From the NCBI GenBank assembly GCA_018985235.1, contig JADGIG010000026.1, positions 1 through 39,007 on the forward strand: a stretch of 39,007 bases of DNA, written 5' to 3'. Shown one piece after another: positions 1 through 10,252 of the stretch. Numbering within the stretch: position 1 is the stretch's first letter; each line of letters opens with the position of its first letter. The stretch is from Sanchytrium tribonematis. Taxonomy: Eukaryota. The notes under the pieces were generated by a model. That model was not told the origin of the DNA and made no database searches. It worked only from the letters and a program-made list of their open reading frames with translations. The translations under genes and the position numbers were made by a program.

Positions 1-1
1 T

Positions 2-346
2 TCTCTGAATGAAATGAAATTTAATCCATCGAGAGGGATCTGGGAAGGAAACGAGGCTATGTTAAACACATTTGAGATTAAAAAAGATTCGCTTCTTTCT
101 AATGATATTGAAGAATATGAAAACATGGTATTTGATCCTGTTAGGATGGTCTGGACGGAGAGTCAGTGTGTGGAAGACCAAATTGATATTTTTGATGATA
201 TACCAGATATTAAAGTAGATTCTGACGAAATTGATGAAACTCCATTCGTGATTACAGGACACTCTACTAAATGGAAAGCATCAGATCTGCGCCACAAAAA
301 ATGGGCGAAAAACTATTTTTCGATGCAAGGGCTCAGGCCCTACTAA
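2..346 (+). CDS. byr4: Byr4/Bfa1-like SIN/MEN GAP component, 3' fragment (5' end outside window)
   Basis: Frame open from window start. Two repeats MKFNPSRGIWEGNE and MVFDPVRMVW followed by acidic DIFDDIPD resemble the C-terminal motifs of fungal Byr4/Bfa1. Confidence 0.7.
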   Translation, partial: SLNEMKFNPSRGIWEGNEAMLNTFEIKKDSLLSNDIEEYENMVFDPVRMVWTESQCVEDQIDIFDDIPDIKVDSDEIDETPFVITGHSTKWKASDLRHKKWAKNYFSMQGLRPY

Positions 347-362
347 GAAAATGGTTGCTAGC

Positions 363-668
363 TTATTCTTGTGGTTTATTTATAGAATTAAATAGTTTGA
401 CTGTTCCCTTGGTAGCTAATTTTCTTAGCGATCTTTCAAATCCGCTCTCTTGGAGATTTTTGAACTTTAAGCTGTTATATAAATCCTTTTTCGAAATAAG
501 TGAATTTTTTTTTACAATACTCACCAATTTTTTCTTAATTGTTCTGGCCATAATCGGCTGTCGATTATCCCTCTTTGTTAATTTCCTGTCCTTAAGGAGA
601 GAAATGGCTTCTGAAAGACTCAATTCTTTCTTAGATTTTTTACAAAGAAGATCTTTAACGTCACTCAT
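363..668 (-). CDS. Small basic hypothetical protein (101 aa), possibly nucleic-acid binding
   Basis: ATG-to-TAA Lys-rich ORF filling the gap between flanking genes; no family recognised. Confidence 0.55.
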   Translation of the reverse strand: MSDVKDLLCKKSKKELSLSEAISLLKDRKLTKRDNRQPIMARTIKKKLVSIVKKNSLISKKDLYNSLKFKNLQESGFERSLRKLATKGTVKLFNSINKPQE

Positions 669-789
669 GAGTTAATTTTCTGAAGGAGATTACAGGAGTC
701 AAAGAAAATATTTATAGTCGTTTGATATCAACGCAACTCGATTCTAACTGCGTCATTGTTATGTAGGCCGTCTTGTTTTACTTTTATAA

Positions 790-1545
790 ATGGTAAAATT
801 AAAAATGGATTCGAAAAAACCTAGGGCTTTAAATTTCACAGTGGGGAAATATCTTTTGTCTGCCATGGTTGCTTTAGGAGTTGCTACGTTTGGCTTGATA
901 ATTTCTTTACCTCCCATTGATGTTTCGTTTTATAGCTGGTATCCACAATATAAAGCGGGATTATCCACATTTCAAGCTTCATTATTTGACGCGGTAGCCT
1001 TCCAAAACATTGAGGCAATCAAGGATGTTACCCTTAAACCCGTAGAGCAAAAGCTGCAAGATGACCATAAGGTGGATATTTTACTCCCAAAAAGATGGAA
1101 AAGTTCAAATATTACCTCTGGAAGTACTGTAAGTGTCAAGGTGAATCAGCAAACAGATTTACTCTCAGTCAAATTAAAATGCAGCACTTTGGTTTTAAGC
1201 TACACTATCGATTCTAATAGATTGGCTGCGGACGGAAAAAATCAACTCAGAACTTATCAGTTGTCTTCCTTGAGTGTGCCCTGTGAATTCTTCACAAAGT
1301 ATGGTCTTGATAACTATATTATAGTTGAGCAAGATCCTATCCTTGTTATGGGGCAATTGACAGGTTGGAATCTGGATTTCTTTAGTATGTCAGGGTTTCC
1401 GAGTTGGTTGCGAACTTTGAGTCTTGCTTTTTTAACGTTTCCAGGCATGGCAATCTCATACTGTTGCTCCCTTTGTTTTTACAAAAAGTACCGTTATAGA
1501 TGGAAAGTTTTAAATGGAAAATTAAAACACGAGGCCGCCATTTGA
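790..1545 (+). CDS. Hypothetical membrane protein (251 aa) with N- and C-terminal hydrophobic segments
   Basis: Hydrophobic YLLSAMVALGVATFGLIISL and LSLAFLTFPGMAISYCCSLCF followed by basic KKYRYR; A-rich start context. Confidence 0.7.
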   Translation: MVKLKMDSKKPRALNFTVGKYLLSAMVALGVATFGLIISLPPIDVSFYSWYPQYKAGLSTFQASLFDAVAFQNIEAIKDVTLKPVEQKLQDDHKVDILLPKRWKSSNITSGSTVSVKVNQQTDLLSVKLKCSTLVLSYTIDSNRLAADGKNQLRTYQLSSLSVPCEFFTKYGLDNYIIVEQDPILVMGQLTGWNLDFFSMSGFPSWLRTLSLAFLTFPGMAISYCCSLCFYKKYRYRWKVLNGKLKHEAAI

Positions 1546-1578
1546 TAAAATTACAATAATACTTAGTAAAATATAACT

Positions 1579-4057
1579 TTATTTTGCCGCCATTTTTTCA
1601 AAGGTTGGACGCAAAAGATCGTCAAGAACATTTTCAATATCTTGATCTTTCACTTCATTTTTCGGCAATTCTACAACTTGTGGCTCCATGATAACTTTCT
1701 GGAAATCACTATAAGTAACATGCTCTACCGGCGAGGTGGATACTGGCAAAGCCATGTTTGATCTGTCATCACTCGTTGACAATATTGACGGTTGCAAATC
1801 TCTTGTTGGCTTAATAAAATCTAACTGAATTGAGTCTCGATATATACTAGGGCTTGTGAATAATAAATCAAATTTCCCTTGTAGATTGTCGTGCTTAGAA
1901 ATTTCATCTTGAAATGCGTTCTTCGGTATCTTGCATTTAACAAAGATTTCATGCCAGGGGGTAGACAAAGGACTTGCTGGAGTGGAGGGCATTCCGCTAA
2001 AAGACATGCTGCGAACCCGATTTGGTGGACCGTCTAACTGGTCATCTAAGAATAAATTGATATTAAATCCTAGATGATCACTTAACACCCTAACAATGTT
2101 TTGCTTCTAAATTAAAAAAAAATACTTCGACAACCACATGGCGCAAATTGATTAGCTCTAAATGCTCAAATATTGCAAAGAGTATTGCAAGTATTGTCAT
2201 CTGTAAAGCAACTAAAGAAGTTTTATAAGTCAAATTCAATTCCTTCTCCACTTGTAAATACAATTTATCTTGTAGATCGAGACACCAAGCCAGAAGTTGC
2301 AACGGTTCATTTTTGTGTTCAATCAATTTGCTAAAATTTAAAGAACCAATTAAAACATGCCTTATGAGAATTAAATCAATGGGTTCTAAGAATTTATCAT
2401 CATTAACAAATGAATCTTCAAATTTCATTTTCTTGGAAACATATTTGAAGGAAATGTCCAACAGTAAATGCCTCATTTCGGTAGCTTGATTTGCAATATG
2501 AGCTGTCCATTTTAGTTGTAAAATTTGACCCAAGAATTTAAAAATAACTAAAATACTATCCTCGAGTTTCAACATCGGTACAAACAGTTCAGAACAAAGA
2601 ACTTTGGAGGGGTGAGGAACTTCTGATGACCATTTTTGATCTAATACATAAATGTTGCAATATTTGAGGAGCCTATAAGTGTAAAGCTCTACAATTTGAA
2701 GCCTTTTGCCATCCACTTCGAATGAAAGAGTAGTTGCAAAGACGCTTCGAAATTGTTGTTCCATTAGCCATTTGAGTGTGGAATAAATGTACACAGAATG
2801 ATAGGGATTCACCAATAAAGTTGATATTGTGTACAAAACGTATTGCACTATTTCAAATGAAGGATTTAAAGGATCGTCTGCTACAGTCGAGTAAGTTTCC
2901 TTGAGAGGAAAAGAAATTGTTTGAACAAGCTCGAGCATTGGAATTGCCACATGTTGATTTGTAGGAAGCAAAAACCACTGATTAAGCAAATTCAAAAGGT
3001 CTAAAAGGTTTGTGGTTTCATATTGCTTTGTGGCAACTTCTTCCTTAATAACTTTAGTTGCATATTGCTTATACTGATCCAAAATTGTGCTTAGTAATAT
3101 AGTTTTAACCTGGTAAGTCGCTTGCTGTCCCAAAATCAGTAATAGATACTGTATAATAAATGGATAACTAGTTCCTAAAGAAGAAGGTTGTCTTGGAAGA
3201 GAATGTACATGTTGCTTGTCACTGGTTGATTGAGAAGAATGTTGAGTAATATATTGAAATAGCGGTCCGCTTAATTTGTCAAAGTGTGCCGTACTTAATT
3301 TTGCAGTAAATTGACTGAGCATATTCACAATGAGTTGAGATAGAGGGTCAAGAACTACTGCGTTAAGATCCACTGGAGATTTTTTGTCTGAGGTTGCCTT
3401 GCTTACGTTGAGCTGAATTAACACAGCAAGAAGTTCAGGAATTATCGTATTGAGAAGATCTTCGCCTAATTTGTTCGCTACAATCCATGGAGCGTACACA
3501 ATACTTTGTATACCTATTAAAGCATAATAAGATATGGAGTGCGCAGTAGGAGTTCCTGAAGTGATAATGTTTCTAATCAACAGATTTAATATGTCTTTTT
3601 GGATAATTGAAAATTCCTCATCAATATTAAGGGAGCCATCGTATGTTGAGTTAATTAGCATAAAAGTATTCATCAAAGAAGGCAACAATGGATTATCTAA
3701 TGCAGGAAGTGAATTATCTGGGATGTTAAATGCGGTCTGTTGAAGATCTACACAAACTTTAAGTAGTTCCTTTATTATTTTATAAAGGTGAATGATATAT
3801 AAATTGAGATGGTTTTTGTTCTGCTCTAGAACACTGTTTATAATTTTCAGTGTTATCAAATGAAAAGAATCGCTTTTTTGATGGATGAACCTTAGAGTTA
3901 GTAAATATAAGAAGTGAAGAGATTTGTTCAATTTGTGAGGTCTAGTTTGCAAATAGTACAAAAAATATGACAAGTTTGATTGATTGAGTTGAGATTGACC
4001 AGGGATTTTCGGGTATATAGAACTAATCAAGTTTTTATGGCGCTTTGTTTGGCACAT
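1579..4057 (-). CDS. EFR3: EFR3 family PI4-kinase scaffold, spliced (exons 2126-4057, 1579-2106; 819 aa)
   Basis: N-terminus MCQTKRHKNLISSIYPK...LSYFLYYLQTRPHKLNK resembles EFR3. ORFs 2090-4057 and 1579-2088 join in frame after removing 19 nt at 2107-2125. Confidence 0.8.
2107..2125 (-). other. 19-nt spliceosomal intron (GTATTTTTTTTTAATTTAG)
   Basis: GT-AG; removal gives HVVVE|KQNIVRVLSDHL in frame. An in-frame acceptor 3 nt further on is also possible. Confidence 0.8.
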
Positions 4058-4073
4058 TTAAAACTGGGGTTTC

Positions 4074-4604
4074 TCATTTATTTGAAAAAATTGGCTCTGA
4101 TATTCTTCCATATTTTAATTTCCTTTTTTCAAGTGGAGCGTTTTTGTTTTCCATTGCATAAAAGGCTTTCATCAGATTAATCGCTCTCTCAGAATAATTC
4201 GAGCCGTTTTTTTTCGATTTATATTCGTCGAAAAGAAACACCCGTAGTCTTTTTTCTATCAATCTATTATCGTCATGAATATCAAAGACAGAGCCACACC
4301 CTCCAAATCTATCATTTTTAGCCGCAAAAAATACCCTTTTCAACTTAACCTTTCTCATTGCAGCAGCGCACATTATGCAAGGCTCCACGGTAACAAACAA
4401 TTCCAAATTCTCGAAATCAGTGGTCTCTATCTCTTTGATTGCAACAATTTCGGCATGACATGTAGCGTTTTTACTAGCATTGGGTCGGTTATGACCAGCC
4501 GAAATAATTTTCCCGTTGTTGACAAATACGCAGCCTATGGGCACTTCACAGCTATTCAAAGCAATCTCAGCTTGTCTGAATGCTTCTTCAAAATATTTTT
4601 CCAT
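4074..4604 (-). CDS. TAD2: tRNA adenosine-34 deaminase catalytic subunit (Tad2/ADAT2)
   Basis: EVPIGCVFV, HAE and EPCIMC zinc motifs, NDRFGGCGSV. Likely ATG at 4604 (MEKYFEEA). Confidence 0.9.
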   Translation of the reverse strand: MEKYFEEAFRQAEIALNSCEVPIGCVFVNNGKIISAGHNRPNASKNATCHAEIVAIKEIETTDFENLELFVTVEPCIMCAAAMRKVKLKRVFFAAKNDRFGGCGSVFDIHDDNRLIEKRLRVFLFDEYKSKKNGSNYSERAINLMKAFYAMENKNAPLEKRKLKYGRISEPIFSNK

Positions 4605-4634
4605 TGAAGTTCTGATCCATAGGAGTTTCTCCAG

Positions 4635-6050
4635 ATGAATCGAGTGGGATTGAATCAAAATAAAGCTGGACTTGATAGAGTTGATAAAGAAAAAGCAGAT
4701 GAGATTATCTATAATGCATCAAAACATTCTAAATTTTTTAAGAATGAAGAAATTCAACAAAAGAAAAATGAAAAAAAATTAGAGGAATGGCGAGTGGCTA
4801 TCAAACATATGAGCCCTGAAGTGACTAGCCCTGTCAAACTGGAGTCAGAGGAATTTCTTTGGAGAAACTTCCATTTAAAACCAGATAGATCCAAAGTAAT
4901 TGCACATTTTGACTTGGATTATTTTTATGCACAAGTAGAAGAAAAGGATGACAATTCTTTGAGAAATTTCCCTATGGCGGTTGGAGGAATAGGTATGTTG
5001 TCCACTACTAATTATCAAGCCAGAAAATATGGAATCAGAGCCGGTATGCCCGGGTTTATTGCAAAACAGTTATACCCTGAACTCAAAATTGTTCCTTTAC
5101 ATTTTGATAAGTATAAACGAGACTCAATTTTATTTAAAAAAGCACTTGGTGAATTTTCTGAAACAATACAAAGTGGTGGTTTGGACGAAGCATATGTTGA
5201 TCTAACTGATCTTGTTAAGACTCACGATATTGAATCCGTAGTTAGTCAAATACGGAATAGAATCTTTGAATTAACCGGTCTTACGTGCTCTGCTGGAGTC
5301 GGGCCGAACAAACTTGTTGCAAAGATAGCATCGGATGAGAAGAAACCAAACGGGCAATTCGTAGTGGATCATTCCGAATTACCAGCCTTTATTTCAAAAT
5401 TACCAATCAAAAGAATTTTTGGAGTCGGAAAAGTGACTTCAAATTTATTAAGTGGTATTGGAATCAGTTGCTGCGCTGACTTAATTAAAAACTCAAATAT
5501 TTTACGACAACTTTTGAGTACGAAACAGTTTGAACATCTACTAATTTCGGCATGCGGTGAAAGCTCCAATGTCTTGAAAACCGAGTGGGAAAGGAAAAGT
5601 ATTTCCGCTGAAAGGTCATTTGTGAATTGTAGCAATTCGAGTGAGTTGTATGTCATTCTCAGAAAAGTCTGTCGCGAACTTGCCAGAAGGCTATTGTCGG
5701 AATCTTCTTCTGGATTGACCTTGACCCTGAAAATAAAACTGTCAACTTTTGAAGTTAAATCAAGATCTACTATGTTAAATAGAAAGATTTCGTATGAGGA
5801 AGAGATATACACCTGTGCGCAAAGTTTGCTTTCCGCTAAGCTACCTCTATCACTGAGGCTTATAGGTGTAAGGCTTAGCAACTTATGTAAGCCTAGAAAA
5901 TCATCTTTTTCATTTATCAATAACTTTGAAATAGAGCCTAACAATCAAAGTTTAACTGAAACCAAAGTTTGTCCCATATGCCTAGAGGAATTATCAGGTT
6001 TGTCTATCTCTATTAACAAGCACATTGATGTTTGCTTGGCAACTAAGTAG
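4635..6050 (+). CDS. POLK: DNA polymerase kappa (Y family, DinB-type)
   Basis: N-clasp NKAGLDRVDKEKADEIIYNASK, HFDLDYFYAQVE, NYQARKYGIRAGMP, GLDEAYVD, and a C-terminal UBZ4-type finger CPIC...HIDVCL. Confidence 0.93.
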   Translation: MNRVGLNQNKAGLDRVDKEKADEIIYNASKHSKFFKNEEIQQKKNEKKLEEWRVAIKHMSPEVTSPVKLESEEFLWRNFHLKPDRSKVIAHFDLDYFYAQVEEKDDNSLRNFPMAVGGIGMLSTTNYQARKYGIRAGMPGFIAKQLYPELKIVPLHFDKYKRDSILFKKALGEFSETIQSGGLDEAYVDLTDLVKTHDIESVVSQIRNRIFELTGLTCSAGVGPNKLVAKIASDEKKPNGQFVVDHSELPAFISKLPIKRIFGVGKVTSNLLSGIGISCCADLIKNSNILRQLLSTKQFEHLLISACGESSNVLKTEWERKSISAERSFVNCSNSSELYVILRKVCRELARRLLSESSSGLTLTLKIKLSTFEVKSRSTMLNRKISYEEEIYTCAQSLLSAKLPLSLRLIGVRLSNLCKPRKSSFSFINNFEIEPNNQSLTETKVCPICLEELSGLSISINKHIDVCLATK

Positions 6051-6146
6051 CTCCCATAATATTTACTCGATCACATTAAATTTTTTTTTGTCTTTTTTAA
6101 TGGATTGATTTTCTCACGTCATTTGGGGAACGTGTAAAACTTATTG

Positions 6147-7826
6147 ATGAAATTGAATTGTTCAATTTTCTGCTCTGGGTTGATTTTAAATCAAATTCAA
6201 ATGAATAGAACATTTAACGATTCAAAATATTTTGTGGATATGCCTTCGAAATTCTGCGACCATAAATTAGTGGAAAAATTTAACAAGAATATGCCCTGGA
6301 AAAGCTTGTTCGACTTGCCAGGGTCAGATTTAATAATCCATCATAAATCTGAGGTCTCTCTGGCTAATCGAACAACGTTTTCGGATTTTGTGAATTCATT
6401 GGATAAAAAATGGGACACTTTGTCACGATCGACTAGTGAAAACCCTTGGAGGCTGCAAACTTTGATTAATTTGCCGTATCCCTTTATTATTCCAGGAGGC
6501 AGATTCAGAGAAATGTATTATTGGGATAATTATTTTATTGTGAAAGGATTATTAAAATCGAGCAAAAGAGATCCCAGACATCTTTATAAAGCTTACGGAA
6601 TAATTCAAAACCTTTTATTTATGCTTAAAACTTATAATATGGTACCAAATGGTTCGCGTAAATACTATCTCAGTCGGTCTCAACCTCCTCTTCTGTTGTG
6701 GATGATAAATGACTATTATGAATTTACTGGGAACAAAACATTGGTCTTGGAAAGTATTCCAGTACTTGAGAAGGAGTTTTCTTTCTTTCATAAAAGTAGA
6801 ATGAAGGAAATAGTAAGAAATGGAGAAAAAGTCAAGGTTTTTCATTATGATTGTGATTCGAAGCTTCCTAGACCAGAGTCTTACTACGAGGATTACAGTT
6901 TGGTATCGAACAGTAGTGTTGATAAGGAGCAAGATCTTTTTCGAAATATTGGTGCCGCCGCTGAATCTGGTTGGGATTTTTCTTCCAGATGGTTCGGCAC
7001 AAACTTTAAAGATATGTTTGCTTCTGATGTAATTCCAGTGGACCTAAATTACATAATGATTAAAAATTACAAATTGATGGTCAAGTTTATGAAATTACAA
7101 TCTCTCAAATATCACTCTAAAATCAATTCTTATAACTCATTGCTTTTGATGAGAGAGAAACAATTTCATAGCATTTTTTTCGATATTAAACATTCCACTT
7201 GGTACGATATTTTGCCGGATGGAAGAAAGAATCGAAAATTTTATGCCAGTAATCTAGCCCCATTGTGGTGTCTAGACGTAGAGGATTTTATGCACCATAA
7301 TATTAATTTGGGAAAAATTCTGTTGAGCCTGGAAGTTTTCACTACTTATCAAAATGGAATACCTGTCAGCACTCAATTTACTGGACAACAATGGGATTTC
7401 CCCAACGTTTGGGCCCCTCTTCAATACTGGGTAGTTGAAGGAATAAGTAAATTTAACACCACATTGGCAAAAAAACTTGCGCATAAATATATTGGTAACA
7501 TTTATTGTATTTGGAAAAAAACAGGGCAGATATTCGAAAAATACAATTGCTGCAAAAACGAGAAGGGCAGAGGCGGGGAATATGAAGTCCAAGAGGGGTT
7601 CGGATTTACAAATGGGGTTGTACTTGAATTTTTCGATAAATATGGGCCAAATGATTATTGTTTGCTAGAAGATAAAAATGACGAGCAGTCTAATGAACCG
7701 GCCCACAAAATTGCACCTTTACCACGGATTTTAATGATTTTCGCGGAGTCCCTAGCGCTAAGTGGAATCTTATATTTGTTAAGAATGTCTAGAACACAAG
7801 CTGATTTTCGTTTGTCTGCATTTTAA
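6147..7826 (+). CDS. Trehalase (GH37) with C-terminal hydrophobic segment
   Basis: DSKYFVD, PGGRFREMYYWDNY, RSQPP, PRPESY, AAESGWDFSSRW, QWDFPNVWAPLQ, EKY, GGEYEVQEGFGFTNG. Confidence 0.93.
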   Translation: MKLNCSIFCSGLILNQIQMNRTFNDSKYFVDMPSKFCDHKLVEKFNKNMPWKSLFDLPGSDLIIHHKSEVSLANRTTFSDFVNSLDKKWDTLSRSTSENPWRLQTLINLPYPFIIPGGRFREMYYWDNYFIVKGLLKSSKRDPRHLYKAYGIIQNLLFMLKTYNMVPNGSRKYYLSRSQPPLLLWMINDYYEFTGNKTLVLESIPVLEKEFSFFHKSRMKEIVRNGEKVKVFHYDCDSKLPRPESYYEDYSLVSNSSVDKEQDLFRNIGAAAESGWDFSSRWFGTNFKDMFASDVIPVDLNYIMIKNYKLMVKFMKLQSLKYHSKINSYNSLLLMREKQFHSIFFDIKHSTWYDILPDGRKNRKFYASNLAPLWCLDVEDFMHHNINLGKILLSLEVFTTYQNGIPVSTQFTGQQWDFPNVWAPLQYWVVEGISKFNTTLAKKLAHKYIGNIYCIWKKTGQIFEKYNCCKNEKGRGGEYEVQEGFGFTNGVVLEFFDKYGPNDYCLLEDKNDEQSNEPAHKIAPLPRILMIFAESLALSGILYLLRMSRTQADFRLSAF

Positions 7827-7843
7827 ATTTACTGAATCTCACC

Positions 7844-8725
7844 TCACGAATAAGGATTGCCATTAAAATCTGACAACTTGACATAGCCTGCCGGAAGACT
7901 TAATCTTGAGCCACCAACAGCACTTGTGTCAACATCTAATAAATTCATCGATCTTAATTCCGCCACACTTTCTCGTTTTTCCTCCTCTTTAATAGGATAG
8001 GGTTCCGTATATGCATTGTCTATAGGAGTTGTCGGAGAATTTGTAGAATGCCACCTTGGGATTGACTTTTTCATTGGTTTATACGAATACAAGATTACGT
8101 AAATGACCCCACTTAAAGCCACAATACCAAAAATGGCAACTAAAGTAAGCCCAAGTACTTCCATCTGTGAAATAGATCTAGCGGGTGGAATATTTGAACT
8201 TACATTGCTAGGGCAGCTACATTGCCCTTTTTTCAAAAAATTAGATGCCGCACTCCTTGACTCATATATAGCTTCCAAATATAATAGACATCCTAATTGA
8301 TATGCTCCTTGATTGACAGAATATGCTAAGCAACTTTTTGTCATATCGCATGAATTTCTACAATCAGATTCGCTATCGACTATTTTATAAGCTGTTTGAT
8401 TACCATTCGTATTTTTCACGGCCGAATATTGACACTGTGCGCATGAATTGATCTTTGGTGAATCGCAACTGGAGTCATTGAAAGACCTTTTCAAAGTAGT
8501 AACATTAGAAATACTTATAATTGAAGAAATTTCGCTCCAAAGTGTGCATGTTTGTGTATAAGTGGTAGTATATGTAATAGCAGTACAGTTTTGCATCGAT
8601 TTGCATGTTTTAACACATAAATCAACATCACCATCTACAGTCAATTGCCACCGGCCATTAATTGCTTGATTTTCTAAAGTTTGAAAGCAATTAATTGCCA
8701 ATATATTAGATACTAAATTTAACAT
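7844..8725 (-). CDS. Single-pass surface protein with two PAN/apple-like Cys-rich modules
   Basis: Short hydrophobic N-terminus; two CxxxC-x4-C..Y...CxL modules (CVKTCKSMQNCTAITY...CTLW; CRNSCDMTKSCLAYS...CLLY); TM VLGLTLVAIFGIVALSGVIYVILY; cytoplasmic tail. Confidence 0.7.
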   Translation of the reverse strand: MLNLVSNILAINCFQTLENQAINGRWQLTVDGDVDLCVKTCKSMQNCTAITYTTTYTQTCTLWSEISSIISISNVTTLKRSFNDSSCDSPKINSCAQCQYSAVKNTNGNQTAYKIVDSESDCRNSCDMTKSCLAYSVNQGAYQLGCLLYLEAIYESRSAASNFLKKGQCSCPSNVSSNIPPARSISQMEVLGLTLVAIFGIVALSGVIYVILYSYKPMKKSIPRWHSTNSPTTPIDNAYTEPYPIKEEEKRESVAELRSMNLLDVDTSAVGGSRLSLPAGYVKLSDFNGNPYS

Positions 8726-8951
8726 TCGTCTTTATTTTTGGTTCTTGCATTCTTATATTAAAACATTAGACGTGGAGGACGTTCATTCTGATACCAATGT
8801 GATGTCCCCATCTGATCAACCAAAGCGTGATCAATTTTTTTCACATTAATGCACAATCGAATTTATTTGAACTTGGTCTTTAATCATAAGAGAGCCGAAG
8901 TGTCGTAAAATACTGTTTAGATCTCAGCATTGTTTTTGTAACTTTGGGGTT

Positions 8952-9197
8952 ATGTCTAATCAATTTCGCGGGACTGAGGCAGATTTTCACGGTCAAATTC
9001 TAGCGGATAAAATTCTAAAAAGAGGACTCTGGATAGCGCTTGCAATCGCTGTAATTATTGGATACCTGGTAAAAGATATGGAAACAGCGGTGGTAATTTA
9101 TAGTTTTGGACTAGTGGCTGTTTTTCTAGCGTTGGTACCGCCAATGCCATACTTTAGACAACATCCTATCACCTGGAAGAAAGAACACAACAATTAA
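8952..9197 (+). CDS. SPC1: Signal peptidase complex subunit 1 (SPC12/SPCS1)
   Basis: DFHGQ, two TM helices, LVPPMPYFRQHPITW. Confidence 0.88.
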   Translation: MSNQFRGTEADFHGQILADKILKRGLWIALAIAVIIGYLVKDMETAVVIYSFGLVAVFLALVPPMPYFRQHPITWKKEHNN

Positions 9198-9279
9198 TAA
9201 ACCGTATTCGTCAATCAAATGAAAAATAAGGGATTTGATTGGCACATATTTCCTTGTTTTAATTTAGGAAACTCTTAAA

Positions 9280-9303
9280 ATGGATCCTGCGAATAATAGT
9301 TAA
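9280..9303 (+). promoter_or_regulatory. In-frame upstream ORF (MDPANNS*) abutting the zinc-finger start codon
   Basis: AAA ATG GAT CCT GCG AAT AAT AGT TAA ATG TTC. Confidence 0.4.
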
Positions 9304-10203
9304 ATGTTCGCTTGTGAATGGGAAGGCTGTAGCGTTAAGGAAAATAATTCAAAATCTCTTTATGATCACATACAGAAAGCCCATATCGGCTTTAAACGAC
9401 AAGGAACTTTACAAAGCCATTGTAAATGGTTAACATGTGATTTTACGACGGAGAGAAGAGACAGAATGAGATCTCATGTCCTTTGCCATATAGATGCCAA
9501 ATTATTTGAATGTAATCTCTGTCATAAATCATATAAATGGAAGCATGATTTAGGATCACATCAAAGAAAAGTTCATGGTAGAGATAAGAGTGATAGAAGG
9601 AAATCCAGCGCAGAATCTATTGACAATACACTTTCGAATTACCGTAGACACAGTTCAACCAGTCTTTTGGACTTGGAGCAAATGCGGCTTACTGTCGATC
9701 AGAATAATCCTGAATCATTCTGCGTAGAATCCTCATCGCGAGGTACATCTCCTGGACCCTCTGATCATTTGAGTCCCGGTAACATTCCAATAAGAAGGCA
9801 TTCGATGCAAGACACTGCGGATCTCAATGGGGGAATTCCTATGATTTATCAGCGTAGGGTTTCGGATACAGACATTCCTATGACCCAGGGCCTCATGGTG
9901 GCTCCAAATTCGGCGCAGCAAATGATGACAACAATGTCCGGCCAGATGGTCTATCCTCATTCGCCTATTATGGAGAGCGGTCAGTCTCCTATCCATGGTG
10001 TCTATATGGCACCGTACCAGGGATATGGTTTTGAATCGAACAGCAATTACCAGCAGTCTGCAAGTGCGCCACCTAGTTTGTCACCTTACCAAAGAAGTGT
10101 TACTCCAGAAATTCAAATTCAGGTAAATGACCAGAATCTATCCAATTACGGCCAAAATTTTGGAAATGGTCAGCCTTATTATCATGTAACTACAAATGTT
10201 TAA
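9304..10203 (+). CDS. Three-finger C2H2 transcription factor, PacC/Rim101-like
   Basis: CEWEGC...HIQKAHIG...CKWLTC...RDRMRSHVLCH...CNLCHKSY...DLGSHQRKVH; tandem CxWxxC fingers as in PacC; low-complexity S/P/Q/M tail. Confidence 0.8.
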   Translation: MFACEWEGCSVKENNSKSLYDHIQKAHIGFKRQGTLQSHCKWLTCDFTTERRDRMRSHVLCHIDAKLFECNLCHKSYKWKHDLGSHQRKVHGRDKSDRRKSSAESIDNTLSNYRRHSSTSLLDLEQMRLTVDQNNPESFCVESSSRGTSPGPSDHLSPGNIPIRRHSMQDTADLNGGIPMIYQRRVSDTDIPMTQGLMVAPNSAQQMMTTMSGQMVYPHSPIMESGQSPIHGVYMAPYQGYGFESNSNYQQSASAPPSLSPYQRSVTPEIQIQVNDQNLSNYGQNFGNGQPYYHVTTNV

Positions 10204-10252
10204 ATTGAGTAAATATTTCGAAAATAAAGTGAGGCCGTTTTTTGAAAATTTT

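Noticed and set aside
4074..6050. Deaminase plus error-prone polymerase as a dedicated mutagenesis module
   Set aside because: Both look like ordinary housekeeping Tad2 and Pol kappa; adjacency is unremarkable at this gene density.
8770..8820. Possible C/D box snoRNA (two CTGA and one GTGATG)
   Set aside because: No proper C box, terminal stem or identifiable rRNA guide.
10196..10252. Apparent CDS overlaps (zinc finger/RIB43A; also TAD2/Pol kappa and DCN1/ALT)
   Set aside because: They disappear when the downstream ATG matching family N-termini is used.
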